A DNA stretch of 39,884 nt, taken from assembly GCA_045047305.1 (NCBI GenBank), contig JASFYO010000037.1, positions 1 to 39,884 on the forward strand. The letters run 5' to 3'. The DNA is from Planctomycetota bacterium (GTDB taxonomy: Bacteria > Planctomycetota > UBA1135). Positions 7,255-17,179 of the stretch are shown here, piece after piece (position 1 is the stretch's first letter; each line of letters begins with the position of its first letter). Position numbers and translations under genes: made by a program. The notes below the pieces were generated by a model. That model did no database searches, was not told where the DNA came from, and was given only the letters and a program-made list of their open reading frames with translations.

Positions 7255-10158
7255 ATGACATCAACTGCCTGGCGCATTGAGCTGGAACTGGAGCCCAGCC
7301 GTAAAGATCCCCTCGGAAATGCCGCTCTCCAGTCCTTAGCGGCCCGTGGACTCCCCTTGCAAAGCGATCTTCGGGTCGGCCGTGGCTATTTGTTGCCCGG
7401 AACTCTGAGTCGAGTTCAGGTGGAACAGATTGTAGACCGATTGCTCGCTGATCCAGTCAATGAGGTGGCCCGCATCCTGAGCCCCGACGATACCGATACC
7501 AACGGCGACCAAACCTTGCTGGTCCGACGTATGGCCGGTGTCTCCGACCCGGAGGCGATTACCGCCACCCGTGCTTTAGGTTTGTTGGATATAGAACTCC
7601 CTGAGACTGGTCATGTAGAAAGCTACCGCAGTTACCGCTGCATGGAGCCTGTCGACCCTGCTGCATTCTTGGAACACGGTGGTCGGGCGTTAGCCAACCT
7701 CACGATTGAAGAGGCTAGCCTAGGTAGCGCTCCGATTGGCTTGCATCCGAAGCCAACCGCGCGCAAAAGTGAACGCACCGAAATCCCCCTGCGGAACCTG
7801 GACGAGGCAGCGCTGAAGTCGGTTTCAGAAAGCATGTCGCTAGCTCTCACTTTGGAAGAGATGCAAGCGATTCAAACGTGGTATCAAAAAGCTGACCGCG
7901 AGCCCACCGACGTGGAGTTGGAGACCATGGCGCAAACCTGGTCAGAGCACTGCAAGCACAAGACCTTGACCGGGCCAGTCGAGTTCCAGCAGTTGGATGC
8001 CGACGGCAACGTTGTGGCGCAACGTCAATACCAAAACTTGCTCAAGCAAACGGTATTCGCTGCCACTCAGAAACTCTCTCCAGATTGGTGTTGGAGTGTG
8101 TTTAAGGACAATGCTGGGGTGATTGCCATGACCGACGAAATCGGCATTGCGATCAAAGTAGAGACCCACAACCACCCTAGTGCGCTTGATCCTTATGGCG
8201 GCGCTGGCACTGGAATCGGTGGCGTCATCCGTGACATTCTGGGCACCGGCCTGGGCGCTCGTCCGTTCGCATCGACCGATGTCTTTTGCGTTGGCACCAG
8301 CGACATGAAGGCTGAAGATCTGCCTCCTGGCGTGATGCATCCAGACCGCATCCTCGATGGCGTGATTGGCGGGGTGCGCGATTACGGCAACCGCATGGGC
8401 ATTCCAACGGTATGTGGCACCATCATTCGGCACCCTGGTTATGTCGCCAACCCGTTGGTCTTTGCTGGTTCACTTGGCGAAATCCCACGCAAGTACGTCG
8501 ACAAGGCTGCACGTCCTGGTGATTTGATTGTTGCCTTTGGTGGACTCACCGGACGCGACGGGATTCACGGAGCTACCTTCAGCTCCGAAGCCTTGCATGA
8601 GGATTCAGAAAGCGTGGATTCTGCTGCGGTGCAAATCGGTGATCCTATTACCGAAAAGAAAGTTCTCGATGTCCTTATCCAAGCGCGCGATCGCGACCTG
8701 TTCACCGCGGTCACCGATTGCGGTGCCGGTGGCTTTAGCTCCGCTGTGGGTGAAATGGGTGAAGAGATTGGAGCGGAAGTGGATCTCGACCGCGCTCCTC
8801 TCAAATACGCCGGACTCTCCTATTGGGAAATCTGGATTTCGGAAGCCCAGGAACGCATGGTCGCTGCGATTGATCCATCCAGTTTGGATGAACTGCAGCA
8901 ACTCTGCGACGTCGCCGATGTAAGCCTGACCGTATTAGGCACCTTCGCCGACCACAAGCGCCTGGTTTTGCGCTGGCACGGAGAAGTGGTGGCCGACATG
9001 CCTATGGAGTTCCTCCACGGCGGAGTCCCGCAACCCGTGCGTCAAGCTGTGGCGCAAGCGGCTCCTGCCAATGAAACCGCATGGCCAGAAAGCCCCGATG
9101 TGGAAGGCTTACTGTTGCAGGTTCTTGCGCATCCCTCGGTGGCCTCCAAGGAATGGATTGTGCGCCAATACGATCATGAAGTGCAAGGCGGCACCATGCT
9201 CAAACCATATCAGGGTGCCAATGGTCATGGCGCCGGAGATGGAACCGTCATCAAGCCTCGTCTTGATTTGCCACAAGGTGTCGCACTTGGCTGCGGCTTG
9301 TGGCCACGTCAGGCGGAGCTCGATCCCTATGCAGCCACTGCGAATGCCATCGATGAAGCAATCCGCAATGCCGTCGCAGCGGGTGGTAACCCCCATCGCA
9401 CGGCCATCCTCGACAATTTCTGTTGGGGCGATTGTCGCAAGCCGGATCGCTTTGGCTCCTTGGTTCTAGCTGCCGAAGCCTGCTACGACGCAGCAATCGC
9501 TTATGGCGCCCCTTTCGTCAGCGGTAAAGATTCCTTGAACAATGAGTACCGGGTCGGAGAAGAAGAGAAAGCGATTCCGCCCACCCTTCTCTGTACCGCC
9601 ATTTCGATTGTAGAAGACTGCTCCAAAACCGTTGGCACACCGCTGACCCAAGCAGGCAACTTATTGGTGTTGATTGGAAGCACTAGTGGCGATGGCGGCG
9701 CGTCGGTGGCCTCGGATTTGCTTGGTTTAGCCGATTCACGCGTTCCACGCCCAAACTTCGAAACTGCGCCAAGCATCTTTGCAGCCATGTACGAGGCGAT
9801 TCAAGCCAATCTCCTCCAAGCCAGTCACGACTTGAGCGAGGGTGGCCTTGGTGCCGCCGCGGCCGAAATGATCATCGGCTCTCCCGAGCTTGGCATCCAA
9901 CTCGACCTATCTCGCGTGCCATGTCAAGCCGGAGTCCCTTTACTCGGACGTCTCTTCGCTGAGGACCCCACGCGATTCCTAGTTGAGATTCATCCAGATA
10001 ACCTGGAAGCCTTCGGCATGATTTTCCGCACTCATCCATGGGCTACGGTCGGCAATGTCACAGAGAGTGGCATGTTGGTGTTGCTCGACCAGCGCGATCA
10101 ACTTTTAGCGCAAACCTCGGCTGCTCAGTTGAGCACCGCCAACGGAATCCTGGCATGA
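7255..10158 (+). CDS. purL: Phosphoribosylformylglycinamidine synthase PurL with N-terminal PurS-like domains
   Basis: Contains AQTWSEHCKHK, KVETHNHPS, DCGAGG, SEAQERM, QYDHEV, SGKDSLNNEY and HDLSEGG. Start placed at ATG 7255. Confidence 0.96.
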   Translation: MTSTAWRIELELEPSRKDPLGNAALQSLAARGLPLQSDLRVGRGYLLPGTLSRVQVEQIVDRLLADPVNEVARILSPDDTDTNGDQTLLVRRMAGVSDPEAITATRALGLLDIELPETGHVESYRSYRCMEPVDPAAFLEHGGRALANLTIEEASLGSAPIGLHPKPTARKSERTEIPLRNLDEAALKSVSESMSLALTLEEMQAIQTWYQKADREPTDVELETMAQTWSEHCKHKTLTGPVEFQQLDADGNVVAQRQYQNLLKQTVFAATQKLSPDWCWSVFKDNAGVIAMTDEIGIAIKVETHNHPSALDPYGGAGTGIGGVIRDILGTGLGARPFASTDVFCVGTSDMKAEDLPPGVMHPDRILDGVIGGVRDYGNRMGIPTVCGTIIRHPGYVANPLVFAGSLGEIPRKYVDKAARPGDLIVAFGGLTGRDGIHGATFSSEALHEDSESVDSAAVQIGDPITEKKVLDVLIQARDRDLFTAVTDCGAGGFSSAVGEMGEEIGAEVDLDRAPLKYAGLSYWEIWISEAQERMVAAIDPSSLDELQQLCDVADVSLTVLGTFADHKRLVLRWHGEVVADMPMEFLHGGVPQPVRQAVAQAAPANETAWPESPDVEGLLLQVLAHPSVASKEWIVRQYDHEVQGGTMLKPYQGANGHGAGDGTVIKPRLDLPQGVALGCGLWPRQAELDPYAATANAIDEAIRNAVAAGGNPHRTAILDNFCWGDCRKPDRFGSLVLAAEACYDAAIAYGAPFVSGKDSLNNEYRVGEEEKAIPPTLLCTAISIVEDCSKTVGTPLTQAGNLLVLIGSTSGDGGASVASDLLGLADSRVPRPNFETAPSIFAAMYEAIQANLLQASHDLSEGGLGAAAAEMIIGSPELGIQLDLSRVPCQAGVPLLGRLFAEDPTRFLVEIHPDNLEAFGMIFRTHPWATVGNVTESGMLVLLDQRDQLLAQTSAAQLSTANGILA

Positions 10159-10937
10159 AACCACGCGTTCTGCAGCTCTTCACTTCCGGCGTTAACTGCG
10201 ACCGCGAACTCCGCTTTGCCTTCGAGAGCGCTGGCGCTACGGTGCGTGAAATTCACATCTCTGAGTTGATCCAACAACCCGAAACCATACGCGACTGCGA
10301 TGTTTTCGCCATTCCAGGCGGATTCACTTATGGCGACGACCTCGGTGCCGGCCGTGTTCTTGCACTGGAAGTCGAACGATACCTCGCTACCGAACTGCAC
10401 GCATTGCACCAACGCGGCGGCAGTATCTTTGGCGTCTGCAATGGCTTTCAAGTTTTGGTGAAGGCGGGCCTGCTTCCTCAGGTTGAAGGCGTAAAAGCTT
10501 CCCTCACTTGGAATTCCAGCCACCGCTTTGAATGTCGCTGGTCGCGCCTCCTCGTGGAAGAACCCATGGGGCATATCCTGCCCGTTGGCTCTATCCTTCC
10601 TGCCGTCTCTGCCCATGCAGAAGGCCAAATCGTGCTCGCAGAAGGCGACGCCGACGTCAAACGCTTGCAAGATGCAGGCGTGATTGCCCTGCGCTACTGC
10701 GATGCGCAAGGCACACCCACCGAAGCCTGGCCCGATTGCCCGTCTGGCAGCCGGGGCGCAATTGGCGGTCTGATCTCCAAAAGCGGTAGGATTCTCGGCC
10801 TCATGCCCCACCCGGAGCGCAATTTGTCACCACTGCACCTCCCCGATCGCGGGCGTGGCGCATGGGGAGATGGCACCGAGGGCATTGCATTTTTCCGTGG
10901 TTTGCTGGCACCCTACTTAGCTGGCATTCCGTCCTGA
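10155..10937 (+). CDS. purQ: Phosphoribosylformylglycinamidine synthase glutaminase subunit PurQ
   Basis: Contains GVNCDRE, PGGFTYGD, GVCNGFQ (catalytic Cys), HAEG and MPHPER. ATGA overlap with the purL stop. Confidence 0.96.
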   Translation: MKPRVLQLFTSGVNCDRELRFAFESAGATVREIHISELIQQPETIRDCDVFAIPGGFTYGDDLGAGRVLALEVERYLATELHALHQRGGSIFGVCNGFQVLVKAGLLPQVEGVKASLTWNSSHRFECRWSRLLVEEPMGHILPVGSILPAVSAHAEGQIVLAEGDADVKRLQDAGVIALRYCDAQGTPTEAWPDCPSGSRGAIGGLISKSGRILGLMPHPERNLSPLHLPDRGRGAWGDGTEGIAFFRGLLAPYLAGIPS

Positions 10938-10981
10938 GTAGCTGCATATTCAGCTAAGCCCCTCCATCAGCCGAAAAGAGG

Positions 10982-12400
10982 TTGGTGGCGGAGAAACGCA
11001 ACAAATTGCAGACGGGCATGGCCCGCTTTGAGCAACGATTACGCAATGCGTGGTCGTTGCAAGTTCCATGTGTGCCACAACACTTGCACGCCTATCGTCA
11101 AGCTTGGCTAGATACCATGGAGCAACCAAGCACCGAAGCTTCTGTGGAAGAAATGGCTCGGGCTATGCGCAAAAGCGACTTGGTTCTCGTCTCTGATTTC
11201 CACCCCCTGCGGCGTTCCCGCACTGGCCTTGCAAAGTTAATCGCTGGCCTTCCCGACGACCGTCCCATAGTTTTAGGCTTGGAGTTACTCCCCTTCGGGA
11301 CCACGCTCACGGTTGGTGAGGCCATGCGCGGCAAGGATTCTGTTTTGGTCACCGGTCAAAGCCTGCAAGAAGCTTACGCGCCAGTTTTGCAAGTCCTTCG
11401 TCAACGCAAAGCGACCATTGTTGGTACATGGGTCGATGGAAGTGCTCATGCTCGCGACGAAGCAGCTGCAAAAGTCTGGGCGAAGATCAACCGAAAGAGC
11501 GGCTACTTCCGCGGAATCTTTCACTTTGGGGACTGGCATTTGGCCGAGAACCACCTTCCCGCCCGCATGAAACAGATGGGCGAGACTCCAGTGGTCATCC
11601 ATCAATCTCCAGAACCCATTTGGGAGCGTGCTGGATTATCTCCTAGCGGAAACGTTTTCCGCCTAGCGCAACAACATTGGGCATGGCTTCAAACACCACC
11701 ACTGGGCTTATGGGCCAACCATCTTCAGGACATCAACAATCAAGATGCGGAAAGCATCACCGAGGCGGCGGAACATCTTTGCGAAAGCGCCACCGAGCTT
11801 CTTGCCGACACCCTGGGTTTAGCACCACCCTCTTGCCGTCTCACAGTGGCTCCACGCGAAGCCTGGAATGAATTTTACCAGCATTTGCCGAATCACTTGG
11901 CAAGCACCTTCGCCGCCACCCAAGCTCCAAACATACCGGTATTCCATCCTCGGTTGCCGCTCATGTGGAGCCCAGAGCCCCTGGATTTAACACACCTCAT
12001 TGAAGGCGCGGCGCATTGCTTAAATTGCAGCAGCCCCTTCCAGCACGAAGTAGGCAAATTTCCCGAACTGCGGCGTCAAACATTCCGCCATCTCTGCGCC
12101 CACTTGGTGAATCCGTTTTTGGCGGTCCCTTCCTTGGAAGAATTAGCCACACAACTCTTACCTCCATCGAAGGCCGAAACCGCACAAAACCGTGTAGAGG
12201 AGACTTGGCGCGCCCCCGTTCTATGGCACCAACTGTCCAACTGCGAAGAAACTCTGCTGCTGGCCTACCTGGGACGCTTAGCTGGGCGCCAATTGGCAAC
12301 TCAGAAGGATCTTGATCTCGGGAATTTGCAGCAATTCCTTGAACCTGGAACTCAAGCCTTCGATTGGGATGCTCTCATGGCTACAATCTTGGTTGCTTAA
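10982..12400 (+). CDS. ChaN/EreA-like domain protein with a C-terminal extension
   Basis: DLVLVSDFH, VLGLELLP, ARDEAAA and FGDWHL resemble ChaN-family motifs. Start codon uncertain. Confidence 0.55.
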   Translation: MVAEKRNKLQTGMARFEQRLRNAWSLQVPCVPQHLHAYRQAWLDTMEQPSTEASVEEMARAMRKSDLVLVSDFHPLRRSRTGLAKLIAGLPDDRPIVLGLELLPFGTTLTVGEAMRGKDSVLVTGQSLQEAYAPVLQVLRQRKATIVGTWVDGSAHARDEAAAKVWAKINRKSGYFRGIFHFGDWHLAENHLPARMKQMGETPVVIHQSPEPIWERAGLSPSGNVFRLAQQHWAWLQTPPLGLWANHLQDINNQDAESITEAAEHLCESATELLADTLGLAPPSCRLTVAPREAWNEFYQHLPNHLASTFAATQAPNIPVFHPRLPLMWSPEPLDLTHLIEGAAHCLNCSSPFQHEVGKFPELRRQTFRHLCAHLVNPFLAVPSLEELATQLLPPSKAETAQNRVEETWRAPVLWHQLSNCEETLLLAYLGRLAGRQLATQKDLDLGNLQQFLEPGTQAFDWDALMATILVA

Positions 12401-12413
12401 CCGCAATCATGCC

Positions 12414-12818
12414 ATGAAGTCGCTCCGCCCAATTTTCCTTCTTTCCGCTCTACTGTTCACATCCTGTGTTGCCCCCGTTGTCCTCGTCGGCATGGGTGCC
12501 GCCGTCGGCATCTGGACCTACGACGACTACAGTCAGGACAGCGGCGAAATCATCCTGCGTGCTAGTGCCGAAGAAACCTTCGCAGTTGCCAAAAGCGTAA
12601 CTCAAAGCCGCACCGCTGCCGTCGCCTTTCATGTGGTCGAAGGCTCCATGCGCATTGAATTCAAAGAAGACAAGGCCGACGTCGTAGTTCAGGTATTGCT
12701 CATGCCTGAGACTCCTGAGTTCTCAACCTTACGCGTTTACGCTTCGGAACTGGGCCTTCGCGGCCGTTCGGAACTTGCACGCACCGTTGCTGAAGAAATC
12801 GCAAGCAAGCTGCGCTAA
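12414..12818 (+). CDS. Small lipoprotein, DUF3568-like
   Basis: MKSLRPIFLLSALLFTSC lipobox followed by a Gly/Ala-rich hydrophobic stretch (VGMGAAVG) and a compact alpha/beta domain. Confidence 0.6.
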   Translation: MKSLRPIFLLSALLFTSCVAPVVLVGMGAAVGIWTYDDYSQDSGEIILRASAEETFAVAKSVTQSRTAAVAFHVVEGSMRIEFKEDKADVVVQVLLMPETPEFSTLRVYASELGLRGRSELARTVAEEIASKLR

Positions 12819-13264
12819 GCGGTAGGCTGATCCGTCCTGCATTTGGGGCAATAACCCTCCAAACGCAGGACGTGATGCACCAGTTGGAAGTTGTTGCGTT
12901 CGGCAATCTCTTCCTGCAGCTTTTCAATTTCTTCCGAACGAAACTCGAGCACCTTATTGCAGCCACGGCAGATCATGTGATCATGATGCGTGTGTCCAAG
13001 AATGTGTTCATAAAGCTGCGTACCCTGCCCGTTATTCATCGAGGCTAAAAACTCTCCCTCGACCAAGAGATTCAAGGTGCGGTAAACCGTCGCCCGTGCG
13101 GCATTGGAATCGCGCTCCTGGACCCAGGAGAACATCTCTTCTGCAGTGAAGTGGCTATGGGTTTCCCAAGCAGCGAGCAAAATATCACGACGCGGTCGAG
13201 TCATGCGCAAATCTTTCTTGCGCAAAAACTGTTCGAACCGCTCCAGTGCCGCATCGGGTTTCAT
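12815..13264 (-). CDS. Fur family transcriptional regulator
   Basis: Contains HFTAEE, ATVYRTLNLL, HHDHMICRGC and GYCPKC (two CxxC). ATGA overlap with the purD stop. Confidence 0.93.
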   Translation of the reverse strand: MKPDAALERFEQFLRKKDLRMTRPRRDILLAAWETHSHFTAEEMFSWVQERDSNAARATVYRTLNLLVEGEFLASMNNGQGTQLYEHILGHTHHDHMICRGCNKVLEFRSEEIEKLQEEIAERNNFQLVHHVLRLEGYCPKCRTDQPTA

Positions 13265-14553
13265 CCCATATGCTCCAAGGCGCGCTCCGCTGCAAGACCA
13301 ATATCGGTGCGATACGTTTTGCCTTCGAAATCGATCTTGTCGACGGCCTCGTAAACCATGCGACGCGCTTCAGCCAAGGTATCGCCACGCGCTGTCACAG
13401 CCAAAACACGTCCACCATTGGTTACCAGTTCGCCATCCTTCATCGCTGTACCAGCATGGAAGACTTGAAGATTTGGGCCTTCTACGACGTCTTCTAGCCC
13501 GGTAATGCGGATTCCCTTTTGGTAATCACCAGGGTAGCCCCCGGAAGCGAGAATAACGCAACAGGCTGGTCTTGGATCCCAATCTGGGGCCTCGAGCTTA
13601 TCCAGATCCCCTTGACTGCAGGCCATAAGGTATGGCAGAAGGTCGGAATCAAAACGCATCATGAGCACCTCACATTCTGGGTCTCCAAAGCGCGCGTTGT
13701 ACTCCAATACTTTGGGCCCACCCGCCGTCATGATGAGGCCTGCAAAAAGAACCCCTTGGAAAGGGCGACCTTCGCGAACCATGCCGTGCAGGGTTGGCAA
13801 TAAAACCTGACGCTCAATTAAGCTGTAAGTGCGTTCACCAATCTCTGGGTTCGGGCTAATTGCCCCCATGCCGCCGGTGTTCGGCCCTTCATTGCCCTCA
13901 AGCAAAGGTTTGTGATCCTGACAAGTAGCTAGCGGCACAAAGGTGCGGCCGTCGGTCAGGCAAAACGCCGAAGCTTCAGGGCCGACAAGGAACTCTTCCA
14001 CCACAATGGTGCTTCCTGCTTCGCCAAAACGATTGCCTTCGAGCATGTCGCGAGCGGCACCAATCGCGGTTACCGCGTCCTCGCAAATGATCACACCTTT
14101 GCCTGCCGCTAGGCCCGAGGCTTTCACCACCAAGGGGTAACGCGCGCCACCTTCTAAGTAGGAAACTGCATGGGACAAGATTTTAAAGGAACGGAAAGCC
14201 CCCGTAGGGATCCGGTGCCGCACCAATATTTCCTTACACCAGGCTTTCGAGCCTTCAAGTTCCGCGGCTTGGGCATTGGGGCCAAAGGCTGCGATTTCCT
14301 TTTCCTGGAGGAGATCCACCAGGCCGTTTACCAAAGGAGCTTCAGGGCCAATGATGACCAAGTCCATACGGTTGCGTTCGGCGAAATCAGCGATGGCTTT
14401 GACATCGTCCGCCGCTATGTCGACATTTTCACCGTGCTTTGCCGTACCTGGGTTTCCAGGCGCGGTCCACAGAGAAGTCACATCTGAAGATTGTGAAAGT
14501 TTCCAAGCTAGAGCGTGTTCTCTAGCCCCTGATCCAATGAGGAGAATGCGCAT
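13261..14553 (-). CDS. purD: Phosphoribosylamine--glycine ligase
   Basis: Contains MRILLIGSGAREHAL, GPEAPL, LEGSK, GLAAGKGV, QDHK, GPNTGGMG, RFGDPE and TNGGRVL. Confidence 0.98.
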   Translation of the reverse strand: MRILLIGSGAREHALAWKLSQSSDVTSLWTAPGNPGTAKHGENVDIAADDVKAIADFAERNRMDLVIIGPEAPLVNGLVDLLQEKEIAAFGPNAQAAELEGSKAWCKEILVRHRIPTGAFRSFKILSHAVSYLEGGARYPLVVKASGLAAGKGVIICEDAVTAIGAARDMLEGNRFGEAGSTIVVEEFLVGPEASAFCLTDGRTFVPLATCQDHKPLLEGNEGPNTGGMGAISPNPEIGERTYSLIERQVLLPTLHGMVREGRPFQGVLFAGLIMTAGGPKVLEYNARFGDPECEVLMMRFDSDLLPYLMACSQGDLDKLEAPDWDPRPACCVILASGGYPGDYQKGIRITGLEDVVEGPNLQVFHAGTAMKDGELVTNGGRVLAVTARGDTLAEARRMVYEAVDKIDFEGKTYRTDIGLAAERALEHMG

Positions 14554-14572
14554 GTTCCGGTGTATTCTAAGT

Positions 14573-17179
14573 TCAGCCTTTGAGACACAAAGCGATGATT
14601 TCGCCAGTATCCTTCGACAAGTTTGCAGCAGCGCCAATGCGCTCCATTTCGGTCTTCATCAGACCTTGGCGAGAGGCGTCGAAACGACGCCATTGGGAGA
14701 AGGCTCCGGCAATGCGGGCAGCCAACTGTGGGTTCAATGCATCGAGCTCAATCACGCAATCTGCGATAAATTGATAACCAGCACCATCGGCAGCGTGGAA
14801 ACGCAGTTGGTTTCCGGCAAACACACGAATCAACGAACGGACCTTGTTGGGGTTCTTGATGTCGAAGGCAGCGTGTTGCATCAAGGATTTCACTTGTGCC
14901 AAAGTGTTTGGATGCGAGGAAGATGCTTGCACCGCGAACCATTTATCCACCACCAAAGCATCCTTTTGATACCGCTCGAAGAAGGATTGCAGACTTGCAT
15001 CGCGACGCTCAGTGTCATGATTCACTTGGCAAACAAAGGCAGCCATAAGCTCGGTCATGTTGTTGGAGGATTCAAACTGACGTGCAGCCAACTCCAAACC
15101 AGGCTCTTGTTCAAGGCTGCACAGGTAGCTTAAGCAGAGATTGCGCAGACGTCGACGACCTACTGCGCGTAATTCAAACTGGTATGGCCCAAGGTCTTCC
15201 AGGCTGCGGTACAAGCTTGAGAATGAATCCTGTAATGCCTTAGCGATGCCTTTTACACACAACTTGCGCGCCTCATACAGGGCGTCTGGGTCGATGACAT
15301 CCATTTCCGCCCCGAGGGTGGAACTGTCAGGCAAACGCAAGGCATAGGCCTTCAACGAAGGATCAAGTTCTAAATCAGAAAGCACCAAACGCATGGCGTC
15401 GATGAAATGCTGCGGAACTTCTGGTGTGGCTCCAGCCTGAATCGCCTCTACCATTTGCAGAATGACACGCGCTCCCAACCGTTGGCCGGCATCCCAGCGG
15501 TTAAAACTATCGCGGTCGTGCGCCAATAAAATGGCTAACTCTTCATCGGATTGTTCCAGCACCAAACGCACCGGGGCCGAAAATCCACGCAGGATCGAAG
15601 GGATGGGTTCCTCTTCGATATGATCGAAGTGGAACTCTTGCTGACTCGATTTAAGCTCCAAAATTTGAGTTGCAGCGAGCTCCTTGCCATCCTTGGAAAG
15701 AAGACCAACCGAAACGGGAATGTGAAATGGCAGCTTGGTCACTTGTCCCGGGGTTGCAGGGCAGCTTTGAGACAAGGTCAAGCTATAACGGGACGATGCT
15801 GAATCGAAGCTGCCTTCTGCCACCACCACCGGCGTGCCTGCTTGCGAATACCAATTCTCAAACAAACTGAGGTCTACCTGGTTGGCATCGGCCATGGCTG
15901 CGCGGAAATCATCACAGCTCACCGCGTGGCCATCATGACGTTCAAAGTAAAGATCCATGCCCTTGCGGAATCCATCCACCCCAACCAAGGTGTGCATCAT
16001 GCGTATGATTTCAGCACCCTTGCTATACACCGTGGAGGTGTAAAAATTGTCCATCGCGATATAGGAATCGGGCCGAATAGGATGCGCCATCGGGCCAGAA
16101 TCTTCGCGAAACTGAACCGCCCTTAAGCTTTGCACATCTTCGATGCGCTTCACTGCGGCGGAACCCATATCGGCACTAAACTGTTGGTCGCGGAAGACGG
16201 TAAGGCCTTCTTTCAGGGTCAACTGAAACCAATCCCGGCAGGTCACACGATTCCCTGTCCAGTTGTGAAAATATTCATGACCAATTACGCTTTCGATGCC
16301 TTCGAAATCAGCATCGGTTGCTGTTTCAGGCTGGGCGAGAACATAAGCCGTGTTGAACACATTAAGGCTCTTATTCTCCATCGCACCCATGTTGAAATCG
16401 CCAACCGCAACGATGTTGAATATGTCTAAGTCATATTCAAGACCAAAAACATCCTCATCCCAAGTCATTGATTTCTTCAAGGACTCCATAGCGAAGTCCA
16501 ACTGTTTCACATTTTCATGTTCCGTAAATACGTGCAAAGCGACTTCCCGGCCGCTGGCTGTAGTGAAGGAATCGGAGATGGACCCGAGATCGCCTGCGAC
16601 CAACGCGAATAGATAACTGGGCTTTACAAATGGGTCTTGCCAAACCGTGTAATGCATCCCATGGTCTAAATCTCCAGAAGCAATGCAGTTGCCATTTGAT
16701 AGCAGTACAGGGAAGTCTTGCTTCGCCCCTTCAATCCGTACCGTATAGGCAGACATGACATCTGGGCGGTCAAGGAAAAAGGTAATACGACGGAATCCTT
16801 CTGCCTCACATTGCGTGCAAAACATTTTACCCGAACTGTACAAGCCAGAAAGCTGGGTATTGTCCTGCGGCCGTAAACGCACTTCGGTTTGCAAGATGAA
16901 GGAATCTGGCACAACCGCGATGCGTAACTGATTGTCTTCGTGGGTGTAGCGCGAAGGATCCAAAAGATCTCCATCCAAGGTTACGCTCAGCAGCTCCAGA
17001 TCTTCGCCATCCAGAACCAACGGTTCCTGGTTGCCTGATTCTCGGCGCTTCATCTCAAGCCGGGAGGTCACCAATGTGGCCTCTTTGCCCAACTTAAAAT
17101 CTAAAGTTACACCCTCGATTTGGAAATCGGTTGGGCGGTAATCCTTGCGGAATTTCTCAACGGGAGTGGCCGTTTTCAT
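14573..17179 (-). CDS. pepN: Aminopeptidase N (M1)
   Basis: Contains RKDY, TQCEAEGFR, GAMENK, HEYFH...E (zinc site), VYSKGAE and NPNKVRSL. Start placed at ATG 17179. Confidence 0.97.
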   Translation of the reverse strand: MKTATPVEKFRKDYRPTDFQIEGVTLDFKLGKEATLVTSRLEMKRRESGNQEPLVLDGEDLELLSVTLDGDLLDPSRYTHEDNQLRIAVVPDSFILQTEVRLRPQDNTQLSGLYSSGKMFCTQCEAEGFRRITFFLDRPDVMSAYTVRIEGAKQDFPVLLSNGNCIASGDLDHGMHYTVWQDPFVKPSYLFALVAGDLGSISDSFTTASGREVALHVFTEHENVKQLDFAMESLKKSMTWDEDVFGLEYDLDIFNIVAVGDFNMGAMENKSLNVFNTAYVLAQPETATDADFEGIESVIGHEYFHNWTGNRVTCRDWFQLTLKEGLTVFRDQQFSADMGSAAVKRIEDVQSLRAVQFREDSGPMAHPIRPDSYIAMDNFYTSTVYSKGAEIIRMMHTLVGVDGFRKGMDLYFERHDGHAVSCDDFRAAMADANQVDLSLFENWYSQAGTPVVVAEGSFDSASSRYSLTLSQSCPATPGQVTKLPFHIPVSVGLLSKDGKELAATQILELKSSQQEFHFDHIEEEPIPSILRGFSAPVRLVLEQSDEELAILLAHDRDSFNRWDAGQRLGARVILQMVEAIQAGATPEVPQHFIDAMRLVLSDLELDPSLKAYALRLPDSSTLGAEMDVIDPDALYEARKLCVKGIAKALQDSFSSLYRSLEDLGPYQFELRAVGRRRLRNLCLSYLCSLEQEPGLELAARQFESSNNMTELMAAFVCQVNHDTERRDASLQSFFERYQKDALVVDKWFAVQASSSHPNTLAQVKSLMQHAAFDIKNPNKVRSLIRVFAGNQLRFHAADGAGYQFIADCVIELDALNPQLAARIAGAFSQWRRFDASRQGLMKTEMERIGAAANLSKDTGEIIALCLKG

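Noticed and set aside
10038..10154. Extended N-termini from the ORF track (purQ 10038, purD 14637, pepN 17269, 12312, 29631, 30973, 32739, 34888)
   Set aside because: They overlap neighbouring genes. Downstream starts match family N-termini, signal peptides or RBS/-10 signals.
14276..15133. 285-aa plus-strand ORF, and other long antisense ORFs such as 10125..10811
   Set aside because: They lie opposite well-conserved genes (purD/pepN, purQ) and show no recognisable motifs.
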